From contig CABXSY010000004.1 of assembly GCA_902514875.1 (NCBI GenBank), positions 16,890 to 80,889 on the forward strand: a stretch of 64,000 nt of DNA, given 5' to 3'. Made by a program: the position numbers and the translations under genes. The notes under the pieces are model-generated. The model did not search any database and had not been told where the DNA came from. It worked only from the letters and a program-made list of their open reading frames with translations. Shown here one piece after another: positions 55,007 through 64,000 of this stretch (within the stretch, counting starts at the first letter, position 1; the number at the start of each line of letters is the position of its first letter). Origin of the DNA: an uncultured Alphaproteobacteria bacterium (GTDB lineage Bacteria > Pseudomonadota > Alphaproteobacteria > HIMB59 > GCA-002718135).

Positions 55007-55537
55007 ATGTCTAAAATTATTTTACTTATTGTATTTTTTTTGTTTTCAACAGTTGCACATAGTAGTGGAACGAATGTTTTTGGTCTGGGAGTTTATGATA
55101 TAAAATTAGATGGTTCAGAAAAAAATCAAGCTACTGATTTTAGATACGAATTTAGAAGTAACAATTCATTACTTGATATTGGCCCAAAGGAAGATAATTT
55201 TTTTTTTTTAAAACCTTTTTTTGGAATTGAATATACAAGTGACTCCGCTTCTTATTTTTTAACTGGTATATATTTTGAAGATAATTTAGGAGAGTTATTT
55301 GAAGGTAATAAAAGTCAATATTATTTTACACCGAGTTTTGGAGCAGGATTTTACGATGATGGTTCAGGAAAAAAATTAGGTAATACTTTGCAATTTAGAA
55401 CTTCCTTTGAAGTGAGTTACGAACTAAAAAACAATAATAGAATTGGTATCTCATTTAGCCATATTTCAAACGCTAACCTAGGTGATAAAAATCCTGGTGT
55501 TGAAATTATAAGTTTTTCTTATCATGTACCTTTTTAA
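55007..55537 (+). CDS. Lipid A 3-O-deacylase (PagL)-like outer-membrane protein
   Basis: Signal peptide, beta-barrel-like alternation, SFSHISNANLGDKNPGVE motif. Confidence 0.7.
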   Translation: MSKIILLIVFFLFSTVAHSSGTNVFGLGVYDIKLDGSEKNQATDFRYEFRSNNSLLDIGPKEDNFFFLKPFFGIEYTSDSASYFLTGIYFEDNLGELFEGNKSQYYFTPSFGAGFYDDGSGKKLGNTLQFRTSFEVSYELKNNNRIGISFSHISNANLGDKNPGVEIISFSYHVPF

Positions 55538-55540
55538 AAA

Positions 55541-56515
55541 TTAAGTCAGATTTTTCTCGCTAACAAATTTTATCAATAAATCTTCAATTAAATTAATTTT
55601 TTGATCTTTCATATATTCGTTTATTTTAGATTTATAAATTTTGCTATGAGGAACAGAGAAAAAAATATGAAGAAGAGGACTTAATAATCTAAATATTGAT
55701 TCAAAATTTAATTTTGGCTTTATGTATTCGAAATAATTATAAATTATTGTTTCATCGACCAATCTACCTTTCTCTTTAAAAATTTTCCTATCAACATCTT
55801 TTAAAATGAACGGATTATTTTTAATCAATCTTCCAACCATTACCCCGTCAAATTCTTTTAGTAAGCTTTCTGCTCTTTCAAGATTATTAATGCCCCCATT
55901 AAGAATGAATGTTATTTTTGGAAATTTGTTTTTAATTTTTTTTACATAATCATAGCTAAGAGGAGGTATTGTTCTATTTGCTTGTGGACTAATACCATTT
56001 AATATTGCATTTCTTGCATGAACATAAATAATTTTAATCCCAGTTTTTGATATTTCATCAATAAATTCCTCAAAAAACTCATAATTTAATTCCTTTCCCA
56101 ATCCCAATCTACATTTTAATGTTGCTTCAATTTTATCATTTTGTAAAGCCTCTATACAATTTCTAACAAGCAGTTTATCTTTCATAAGGCATGCACCAAA
56201 ACTACCCTTTTGAACAGCTTTACTTGGACAACCAACATTTAAATTAATCTCATCATAATTATAATCAACTGCTATTTGGGATGCTTTGGTTAAGTCATCA
56301 ACTTCAGAACCACCTACTTGAAGAGCAACAGGGTTATTAAAATCATTATCAATAATATTTTCTCTACTCTTTGAGTAAATCAGTGATTTTGTTGCTATCA
56401 TTTCACTAAACAAAAAACTATTATTTGATAAAATTCTATAAAGTTTCCTTGCATATGGAGTTGTATATCCCATCATTGGAGCTACACAGAACTTTCTACT
56501 AATTTCCCTTTTCAT
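55541..56515 (-). CDS. dusA: tRNA-dihydrouridine synthase A
   Basis: FCVAPMMGYTTPYARKLYR, NLNVGCPS. Confidence 0.9.
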   Translation of the reverse strand: MKREISRKFCVAPMMGYTTPYARKLYRILSNNSFLFSEMIATKSLIYSKSRENIIDNDFNNPVALQVGGSEVDDLTKASQIAVDYNYDEINLNVGCPSKAVQKGSFGACLMKDKLLVRNCIEALQNDKIEATLKCRLGLGKELNYEFFEEFIDEISKTGIKIIYVHARNAILNGISPQANRTIPPLSYDYVKKIKNKFPKITFILNGGINNLERAESLLKEFDGVMVGRLIKNNPFILKDVDRKIFKEKGRLVDETIIYNYFEYIKPKLNFESIFRLLSPLLHIFFSVPHSKIYKSKINEYMKDQKINLIEDLLIKFVSEKNLT

Positions 56516-56555
56516 TTAATTTTGCTATATAAATAATTTTGAAAAAAATAATATT

Positions 56556-57185
56556 ATGCAAATACCAAAATTTTTAATTGAAAGATATCAATTCTGGAAA
56601 AATAATACCTTTGAAGATTACAAAGATATATATGAGCAGGCCTCTAAAACTATACAAAAACCAATTGCAATGATTATTACTTGTTGTGATTCTAGGATTC
56701 TTGAGAACACAATGTTTGGTGGAAATATAGGAGATTATTTTATTCATAGAAATATCGCTAATATTGTTCCCTCTAAAAATGATAATGATCAAAATATACA
56801 AACATTATCTGCTATAGAATATGCAATAAAAGTACTGAAAATTCCAAACTTAATTATTTTAGGTCACTCAAATTGTGGTGGTGTTGAGTATTCTTACAAA
56901 ACTTTATTAGATAAAAAAAATATAAATGATTTTGAATACATAAATCAATGGACAAGTTGTTTACAAAATTCTTACAACAACATACCTAATGATCTTTTAG
57001 AAAATGAAAAAATAACTTTTTTTGAGCAGGAAAATATAAAACAATCAATTAAAAATTTATGTGAATATGATTTCATAGATAAATTAATTAATGAAAATAA
57101 ATTGAATGTAGTTGGTCTGTGGTATCAAATTAATTCTGGTTTAATCAAGTATTTAGATAATAATAGCTTTATAGATTTAGATTAA
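56556..57185 (+). CDS. Beta-class carbonic anhydrase
   Basis: TCCDSRI and LGHSNCGG zinc-ligand motifs. Confidence 0.85.
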   Translation: MQIPKFLIERYQFWKNNTFEDYKDIYEQASKTIQKPIAMIITCCDSRILENTMFGGNIGDYFIHRNIANIVPSKNDNDQNIQTLSAIEYAIKVLKIPNLIILGHSNCGGVEYSYKTLLDKKNINDFEYINQWTSCLQNSYNNIPNDLLENEKITFFEQENIKQSIKNLCEYDFIDKLINENKLNVVGLWYQINSGLIKYLDNNSFIDLD

Positions 57186-57967
57186 TTGTAAGTAAATTTT
57201 GTACTGGGAAATTTTTTAAGCTTAACTTCTCGATTATATCTTTTAACTACATTGCTGGCAACTTTATTAAAATTAAAATAATTTTTTACAAATTTTGGTT
57301 TTTTATCATCTGTAGTTAGATTTATTAAATCATCAAATACTAAAACTTGACCATCACAATATTTTGAAGCACCTATACCTATTGTAGGTATTGAAATATT
57401 TTCTGTAATTAGTTTAGCTGTATCGGTTGTAACACATTCTAACAATACTGCTTTAGCCCCAAGTGTTTCAGATTTTTTTGCTAACTCTAATAAATTTTGT
57501 TTTTCTTTATTAGTTTTTCCTAAAACTTTAATTTTATTAAAATTCTTATAACTTTGTGGTGTTACTCCTATATGAGAAATAACATTTACTTTTTTATCTA
57601 CTAAGTGTTTTAAAACAACTAATTTCTTTTTATTAATTTCTATCTTTAATAAATCAGGCTTACAGTGATTTAAAAGTATTTTAGCATTTTTATATGCATC
57701 AATTTTATTATCATATGTTTTATATGGCATATCTAATACTTTTAAACTTTTCTTAATTGTTTTATTTACAGCTGCCCCATGATTTTTCATCATATTCATA
57801 GTAACTCCTTGAGTATTATTCATCCCATAAAGTGTTGAACCTATAGAGTCTCCAACTAGTATTAAATCAATCTTTCCATCTAAAATATTTGCAATTGATG
57901 GAGAGTATGCAGTCAAACAGCTTATCGGTTTAGAAAAACTTTTGTGTAAAATTTTAATTTTCTTCAT
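57182..57967 (-). CDS. panB: 3-methyl-2-oxobutanoate hydroxymethyltransferase
   Basis: CLTAYS, LILVGDSIGSTLYGM, IGIGAS. Confidence 0.9.
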   Translation of the reverse strand: MKKIKILHKSFSKPISCLTAYSPSIANILDGKIDLILVGDSIGSTLYGMNNTQGVTMNMMKNHGAAVNKTIKKSLKVLDMPYKTYDNKIDAYKNAKILLNHCKPDLLKIEINKKKLVVLKHLVDKKVNVISHIGVTPQSYKNFNKIKVLGKTNKEKQNLLELAKKSETLGAKAVLLECVTTDTAKLITENISIPTIGIGASKYCDGQVLVFDDLINLTTDDKKPKFVKNYFNFNKVASNVVKRYNREVKLKKFPSTKFTYN

Positions 57968-57998
57968 TTTTAAATTTCAATTAAACTTTTATTAAGAA

Positions 57999-59915
57999 TT
58001 AAGTTTTTGATTTAAAATTCTTTATATCAACAATTTTATTTTCATAAAAATTATTAATTTTTTTGATTATTGATTCCATGTCCATTTTAATATCTTGATA
58101 TTGTTCATCCGGTGTCATATGTTCAACAAAACGATCTGGAAAAATTAAATTTTTTATAACAACATTATCTTTTTTTGATCTTATATTATGGACATAATGT
58201 AAAACATGAGATGAAAACCCACCTATAGAACCTTCTTCTATAGTTAGAATATATTTATGATTATTTAATAAGTCATCTATTAATTGTGTGTCTAATGGTT
58301 TTGCAAATCTTGCATCTGCAATAGTGGGATAGATATTATTTTGATTAAGAAACTTACTAGCTTCAATACATTTTTCAAGTCTTGTTCCTAAATTTAAGAT
58401 TGCAACATCATTACCTTCAATTAGAATATATCCCTTACCTATACTGATATCTGTAGGTTGATTATTAAATAGTTCTTCTGATCCTGTTCCTCTTGGAAAT
58501 CTAAAAGCAGATGGTGCGTCATTAATCCCACAAGATAACTCTATCATACTAGATAACTCTCTTTGGTTGCTAGGTGCCATAACTATAAAGTTTGGTAATG
58601 TGGCTAAATAAGTAATATCAAATGAACCAGCATGAGTAGGACCATCTGATCCTACTAAACCTGCTCTATCAATTGCAAATCTAACAGGTAATTTTTGAAT
58701 AGCCACATCATGTACGATTTGATCGTAAGCTCTTTGTAAAAAAGTTGAATAAATTGCAACAAAAGGTTTGAAACCCTCTGTGGCTAATCCAGCTGCCATT
58801 GTAACAGCATGTTGTTCAGCAATACCAACATCAAAAAATCTTTTCTCAAAATTTTTTTGGAATAATTTTAATCCTGTTCCAGACATCATAGCGGCTGTTA
58901 TTGCTATAATTTTTTCATCATTTTCGGCAAGTTTTGATAATGTTTCACCAAAAACATTTGAATAAGATTTTAAATTTGTTTTTTTAACTGAGTTCCCAGT
59001 GTTAATATCAAACCTTTCAACTCCGTGAAATTTATCTTCTGATTTTTCTGCAGGACTATATCCTTTACCTTTTTTGGTTATACAATGAAGAAAAACTGGT
59101 TTATCAAATTTGTTATCTCTTATATTTTCTAGAACTGAAACCATATCATCTATATTATGCCCATCTATAGGACCAAGATAATAAAAACCCAATTCCTCAA
59201 ATAGAGTTCCACCAGCTATAAGTCCTTTAGAATACTCTTCTGTTCTATAAAGTGTCTTTGATAGATTTGATGGTAAGGTTTTAGATATTTTTTTAATAAT
59301 ATTTCTTAAACTTGAGTAAGATTTAGATGATAGTAACCTTGTTAGATAAGTACTCATAGCACCAACTGGTTTGTCTATTGACATTTTGTTATCGTTTAAA
59401 ATGACAATTAAACCTTTTTTTTGTGCACCTGCATTATTTAATCCTTCAAAAGCTAAACCTGCACTTAATGCACCATCTCCAACAACACATATAACTTTTG
59501 AGTTATCTTTATTTATATCTTTTGCAGCTTTAATTCCCAATCCTGCTGAAACTGCTGTTGAGCTATGGGCTGTACCAAATGGATCATATTCACTTTCTGA
59601 TCTTCTAACAAAACCATACACACCATCTTTTTTTCTCAGTGTCTCAATATTTTTTTTTCTACCTGTTATAATTTTGTGAGGATACGTTTGGTGTCCAACA
59701 TCCCAAATTAATTTATCATGAGGGGTATTAAACACATAATGAATTGCAACAGTTAATTCAACAACTCCAAGTCCTGCACCAAGATGACCGCCAGTTTTTG
59801 AAACAGTCTCAATTGTTTTAGCTCTTAATTCCTCTGAGATTTGCTTTAGGTCTTTCTTTTTAAATTCTCTTAAGTCTGATGGAAAATTAATTTTATCTAA
59901 AAGATTATAATCCAT
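57999..59915 (-). CDS. dxs: 1-deoxy-D-xylulose-5-phosphate synthase
   Basis: GGHLGAGLGVVELT, WDVGHQTYPHKI, GDGALSAG. Confidence 0.96.
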   Translation of the reverse strand: MDYNLLDKINFPSDLREFKKKDLKQISEELRAKTIETVSKTGGHLGAGLGVVELTVAIHYVFNTPHDKLIWDVGHQTYPHKIITGRKKNIETLRKKDGVYGFVRRSESEYDPFGTAHSSTAVSAGLGIKAAKDINKDNSKVICVVGDGALSAGLAFEGLNNAGAQKKGLIVILNDNKMSIDKPVGAMSTYLTRLLSSKSYSSLRNIIKKISKTLPSNLSKTLYRTEEYSKGLIAGGTLFEELGFYYLGPIDGHNIDDMVSVLENIRDNKFDKPVFLHCITKKGKGYSPAEKSEDKFHGVERFDINTGNSVKKTNLKSYSNVFGETLSKLAENDEKIIAITAAMMSGTGLKLFQKNFEKRFFDVGIAEQHAVTMAAGLATEGFKPFVAIYSTFLQRAYDQIVHDVAIQKLPVRFAIDRAGLVGSDGPTHAGSFDITYLATLPNFIVMAPSNQRELSSMIELSCGINDAPSAFRFPRGTGSEELFNNQPTDISIGKGYILIEGNDVAILNLGTRLEKCIEASKFLNQNNIYPTIADARFAKPLDTQLIDDLLNNHKYILTIEEGSIGGFSSHVLHYVHNIRSKKDNVVIKNLIFPDRFVEHMTPDEQYQDIKMDMESIIKKINNFYENKIVDIKNFKSKT

Positions 59916-60054
59916 ACTTTATTTTACTATTTTTGCCTAGATTTGATATTTTTATATCTGGAAAAAAACAAGTGTTTGTGGAAAGATTTTAGAGATAAAT
60001 TTTAAAGTTAAAACCTCTAGACTTTTTAGAATTTAAAAACTAATTATAATATTA

Positions 60055-61293
60055 ATGTTTTACGATGTAGATACAAAGAATATTGATAAACTTGCTCATC
60101 TATCTATTAAAAGAGGAGTTGCTCTTCAAAAAGGTCAAAACCTTTTAATAACAGCACCGTTAGAATCTTTACCTTTAGTTAGAAAAATAGCTCAATATGC
60201 TTACAAAGAAGGGGCTGGAATTGTGACCCCACTTTTTAGTGATTCGGATATTACATTATCTCGATTTAAGTATGGAAATGATGAATCTTTCAATGTTGCA
60301 ACAAATTGGCTTTATAATGGGATGGGTGAAGCTTTTGATAACAATACAGCTAGAATGGCAATTGCTGGTGATGATCCCATGCTATTATCTGAAATTGATC
60401 CTGATAAAGTTTCGCGTGCAAATAAAGCTAATGCTGTCGCATACAAACCAGCTAGAGAAAGAATTACAGAATTTAAAATTAATTGGAATATAATTTCGTG
60501 GCCAGGAAAAGCATGGGCAAAAAGAGTCTTCCCAGATCTTGATGATAGTGAAGCTATTAAAAAATTAGGAGATGCAATATTTCATGCATCAAGAGTTAGT
60601 AATGATGATCCTGTAAGCGAATGGGACAAACATAATAAAAATTTAAGAGATAAAACAGATTGGTTAAATGCTAAAAATTTTCATTCTTTAAAATATTCAG
60701 GTCCTGGAACATCCTTAACTGTAGGTCTTGCTGATGATCATGAGTGGATGGGAGGCGCATCAGAAGCACAGAATGGTATTGTTTGTAATCCAAATATCCC
60801 TTCTGAAGAAGTATTCACTACTCCTCATGCTAGTCGTGTAAGTGGCGAAGTTTGCTCAACCAAACCTCTATCTTATCAAGGAACACTAATTGAAGATATC
60901 AATGTACGCTTTGAAGAAGGTAAAATTGTTGATGCAAAATCTTCTAAAGGACAAGATGTTTTATTAAAAGTTCTCGATTCAGATGAAGGCTCAAGAAGAC
61001 TTGGTGAAGTAGCCTTAGTGCCTAATAGTTCACCGATTTCGCAATTAGGAATAACTTTTTATAACACTCTATTTGATGAAAATGCTGCTTCTCATATTGC
61101 TTTAGGACAGTGTTACTCAAAATGTTTCAAATCCAAGAAAGACTTATCGAAAGATGAAATTTCTCAAAGAGGTGGTAATTCAAGTATGATACACATTGAT
61201 TGGATGATTGGTTCAGGCAAAATTGATGTAGATGGTGTTGATAAAGATGGTGTTGTAACACCAATATTTAAACAAGGAGAATGGTGTAGTTAA
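60055..61293 (+). CDS. M29-family aminopeptidase (AmpS/PepS-like)
   Basis: ~410 aa, EEVFTTPH, LFDENAASHIALG. Confidence 0.85.
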   Translation: MFYDVDTKNIDKLAHLSIKRGVALQKGQNLLITAPLESLPLVRKIAQYAYKEGAGIVTPLFSDSDITLSRFKYGNDESFNVATNWLYNGMGEAFDNNTARMAIAGDDPMLLSEIDPDKVSRANKANAVAYKPARERITEFKINWNIISWPGKAWAKRVFPDLDDSEAIKKLGDAIFHASRVSNDDPVSEWDKHNKNLRDKTDWLNAKNFHSLKYSGPGTSLTVGLADDHEWMGGASEAQNGIVCNPNIPSEEVFTTPHASRVSGEVCSTKPLSYQGTLIEDINVRFEEGKIVDAKSSKGQDVLLKVLDSDEGSRRLGEVALVPNSSPISQLGITFYNTLFDENAASHIALGQCYSKCFKSKKDLSKDEISQRGGNSSMIHIDWMIGSGKIDVDGVDKDGVVTPIFKQGEWCS

Positions 61294-61298
61294 TTCTA

Positions 61299-61421
61299 CT
61301 ATTGTTTTAAATAAGGTCCAAAGCTAAGATCTAAACCAACCCCAACTCTAGCTAATGAATAAATAATAACTAAGAAAAAAATTACTATAATTAAGTTTCG
61401 TATAATTTTTTTTTCATCCAT
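61299..61421 (-). CDS. Possible 40-aa single-TM peptide downstream of the MFS gene
   Basis: Own translation: MDEKKIIRNLIIVIFFLVIIYSLARVGVGLDLSFGPYLKQ. ATG lies 4 nt after the MFS stop. No SD seen. Confidence 0.25.
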   Translation of the reverse strand: MDEKKIIRNLIIVIFFLVIIYSLARVGVGLDLSFGPYLKQ

Positions 61422-61425
61422 AAAA

Positions 61426-62679
61426 TTACGCAGTTTGTATGTTTATATTAGATAATGGTTTTTCTCTAATTGGTAAATGGATTATTGCAGAAAAGGCACC
61501 AACTCCTATACCAACCCACCATACAATATCATAACTTCCATAGATATCATAAAACAGACCACCTAACCAAACACCTACAAAAGATCCTAGCTGATGAGAA
61601 AAAAATACAATGCCATATAATGTGCCCATAAATTTTAATCCATAAATATGGCCTATAATTCCTGAAGTTAAAGGCACTGTTGCTAACCATAAAGCACCCA
61701 TAACTATTGAAAATATAGCAATAGATGTTGGTGTAATAGGTAGTAAGATAAATAAAATTGCCGCAATAGTCCTTCCAGTGTAAATTAAAGATAAAAGATA
61801 TTTTTTATAATGTCCTTTTCCTAAAGCTCCAGCAATCAAACAACCAATTATATTAAACAGTCCTATAAGAGCCATCGATAATGCTCCTAAGCCTTCTACA
61901 GAATTACAAACCAAACTTATTAAGCTTCCTTCTATAATTGGACTACTAGATTCAATAATAAAAGCTGGAAAATGTGCAGTAATAAATGCTAACTGAAAGC
62001 CGCAAGAAAAAAAACCAAAGAACAACATTAAGTATGTTGGATCTTTTAATGCAACAAATATAGCATCGGTAATTTTTTCATTTTCATTATTAATATTTGT
62101 ATTTGATAATTCTATTTTTAAAATTGGAACAAGGATTAGTGTTATTAATAATATAATTGAAAAGATTTCAAATACTGAAGACCAAGGTAAAAATGATAAT
62201 AGAAAAGAAGCAAGTGGCGGACCAACAACTTGTCCAGCTGATCCTGCAGCAGTTGTAATACCTAGTGCTAAAGATCTTTTGTCTGGAGATGCGGCTCTTC
62301 CAACTACTCCTAAAATTGGACCAAAACCACTACCAGCTATACCAAAACCAATTAATAGGTTTAAAGTTTGATGCGCCTCTGGAGTCGTAGCAGTACTACT
62401 TATGAAAATTCCAATTGCATAAAGAATTAAGCCTAGTGCTATTGCTTTTCTATCACCATATTTTTCGGCAAAAGCACTAAATAAAGGAGTGCCTACCCCC
62501 CAAGCTAAATTTTGAATAGCAATGGCAAGAGAAAATTCTGAACGATTCCATAAAAAATCAGACGCAATAGGAATTTGAAATAGGCCAAATGTTGAACGAA
62601 TTGCAAAACTTATTAAAAGAATTAAACTTCCTCCAATTAGAATAGGAGTAAATACAGAATTAATTCTCTCATCTTTCAT
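61426..62679 (-). CDS. MFS transporter
   Basis: 12 predicted TM segments. GDRKAIALG loop motif between TM2 and TM3. Confidence 0.85.
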   Translation of the reverse strand: MKDERINSVFTPILIGGSLILLISFAIRSTFGLFQIPIASDFLWNRSEFSLAIAIQNLAWGVGTPLFSAFAEKYGDRKAIALGLILYAIGIFISSTATTPEAHQTLNLLIGFGIAGSGFGPILGVVGRAASPDKRSLALGITTAAGSAGQVVGPPLASFLLSFLPWSSVFEIFSIILLITLILVPILKIELSNTNINNENEKITDAIFVALKDPTYLMLFFGFFSCGFQLAFITAHFPAFIIESSSPIIEGSLISLVCNSVEGLGALSMALIGLFNIIGCLIAGALGKGHYKKYLLSLIYTGRTIAAILFILLPITPTSIAIFSIVMGALWLATVPLTSGIIGHIYGLKFMGTLYGIVFFSHQLGSFVGVWLGGLFYDIYGSYDIVWWVGIGVGAFSAIIHLPIREKPLSNINIQTA

Positions 62680-62729
62680 ATTTAATTAGATAACAGGAAG
62701 AATTTTTATTTCTAGAATTTTTATTATTA

Positions 62730-63206
62730 TCAAATCGTATTATTTAATTCTGTCTTTTCGTTTTCTTCTTTTTCAGGAACAACATATGCAATAGCACAAT
62801 GATCTAAACAATAAGGCTTATCTTCAAACCTATCTTTACCACAAAAACGAAAGTCTGCTTCATCAGGATGACCTTCAGGCCATTCACAACCTCTCTTTGG
62901 AGCTGCAGTGAATATATTTTTAACAACCGGTTGGAAAACAGTAGGCTCTGTAGAGACAATCTCTGGTTCTTTGGTGCTTTCAAAATTTAATTTTGGCATT
63001 ACGGGAGATCTAGCTTTTTTTCGATCAGGTTTAACAGCTGTTCTTCTTATAGGTGATGGTCTTCTCTCGAGTCCAATTCTATGAGCTTTGCCAACCACTG
63101 CGTTTTTAGTGAAACCTAGTAATTTTCCAATTTGTGCCGTCGGTAGACCCTGATCCCATAAATCTCTAAGTTTTGCTACATTGTTATCATCCCAAGGCAT
63201 TATCAA
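62730..63206 (-). CDS. gcrA: Cell-cycle regulator GcrA
   Basis: MPWDDNNVAKLRDLWDQGLPTAQIGKLLG.TKNAVVGKAHRIGL; C-terminal C.WP....F.FCG. Confidence 0.9.
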   Translation of the reverse strand: MIMPWDDNNVAKLRDLWDQGLPTAQIGKLLGFTKNAVVGKAHRIGLERRPSPIRRTAVKPDRKKARSPVMPKLNFESTKEPEIVSTEPTVFQPVVKNIFTAAPKRGCEWPEGHPDEADFRFCGKDRFEDKPYCLDHCAIAYVVPEKEENEKTELNNTI

Positions 63207-63338
63207 TCTCCATTACTACATTTAGTAGCTTTAAAAAGGTTTAATATACTAAATATATGTATTAAAAAAGATAAAACTGCAATTTTTAAAAAAAAATCAA
63301 TGATTTCCTACATTTTTTTTATATACATGTGAATAGAA

Positions 63339-64000
63339 ATGAAAGAATTAAGACATCTAGACTGTAAAAATAAAAAAATAATTGTTCGAGTTGATTTAAA
63401 CGTCCCAGTTTTGGAAGGAACAATTACAGATCATTCAAGAATTCATGCTATCTTACCAACACTAGAAAAACTAATTAAAAATAAAAATAAGATATTCTTA
63501 ATTGCTCATTTTGGCCGACCTAAAGGTCAAGTTAATAAAACATATTCCATTGAGTTTTTATGTTCAGAATTAAAAAAATTTTTAAATTTAAACACAATTC
63601 ATTTTTTAGCTAACTGTGAAAAAAAAATAATTGAGAGAAAAATTGCTGAAATGGAAATGGGGGAAATTTGTCTATTAGAAAATATTCGTTTTAATGCTGA
63701 AGAAGAAAAAAATGATCTTAATTTTTCAAAAGTATTAGCTTCTAGTTTTGACATATATATTAATGACGCGTTCTCTGCATCTCATCGTAATCATGCATCT
63801 ATAGTAGGTATTACTAAATACTTACCTTCATACGCTGGATTAAGTTTCTCAAAAGAAATTGAAAATTTAGATAAATTTTTAGAAAATTCAAATAAACCAA
63901 ATTTAGCAATTATAGGTGGCTCAAAGGTTTCAACAAAAATAAAAGTTTTAGAAAATATAGTTGAAATTTTTGATTCTTTAGTGATTGGTGGTGCAATGGC
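63339..64000 (+). CDS. pgk: Phosphoglycerate kinase (5' part; continues beyond the window end)
   Basis: Own translation from ATG 63339: MKELRHLDCKNKKIIVRVDLNVPV...AHFGRPKG...NDAFSASHR. Confidence 0.92.
   Translation, partial: MKELRHLDCKNKKIIVRVDLNVPVLEGTITDHSRIHAILPTLEKLIKNKNKIFLIAHFGRPKGQVNKTYSIEFLCSELKKFLNLNTIHFLANCEKKIIERKIAEMEMGEICLLENIRFNAEEEKNDLNFSKVLASSFDIYINDAFSASHRNHASIVGITKYLPSYAGLSFSKEIENLDKFLENSNKPNLAIIGGSKVSTKIKVLENIVEIFDSLVIGGAM

Noticed and set aside
63231-63245. CtrA-box-like TTAA-N7-TAAT upstream of gcrA
   Set aside because: It is an imperfect half-site, and TTAA-containing strings are expected by chance at this AT content. It cannot be supported without comparative data.

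Overview
Strongly AT-rich, very gene-dense chromosome segment with short intergenic spacers and many ATGA-type start/stop overlaps. Gene content and synteny point to a streamlined marine alphaproteobacterium of the SAR11/Pelagibacterales type. Supporting genes are the crtI-crtB-crtY-blh retinal operon, gcrA, rpoH, an rpoE-chrR pair, a SUV3-like helicase-fdxA-carD block, and rsmB-heparinase-like-purH. Most of the window is core housekeeping: ftsK, ubiquinone hydroxylase, acs, tsaD, argG, folD, a complete ccmABCDEFGH operon, acnA, dxs, panB, pgk and others. The clearest accessory region lies between blh and purH (about 9.1-14.8 kb). There a tRNA-Gly(GCC) gene is followed 1.35 kb downstream by a perfect 50-nt copy of its own 3' half. 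This is an att-like direct repeat bracketing a single orphan secreted coiled-coil protein, with no integrase. Next comes a strand-alternating cluster of two FkbM-type methyltransferases, a class I SAM methyltransferase, an unknown protein and a 2OG-Fe(II) oxygenase. I read this as an integration hotspot or hypervariable cell-surface-modification island. Other observations worth a second look: (1) purH split at its domain boundary across an A-rich 17-nt overlap. (2) A 47-aa (KKKKKAAP)n hyper-basic repeat protein with its own Shine-Dalgarno (SD) site and terminator. (3) Tandem aldo/keto reductases with perfectly identical gene-conversion tracts. (4) Tandem TPR-glycosyltransferase paralogues next to a GT8-like gene. 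(5) A metallophosphatase-fold protein between carD and rpoH with nearly all metal ligands substituted. (6) A ChrR anti-sigma factor with no zinc ligands in its N-terminal domain. (7) An unlisted 34-aa ccmD. No CRISPR array, rRNA, transposase, integrase or recognisable defence system was seen.
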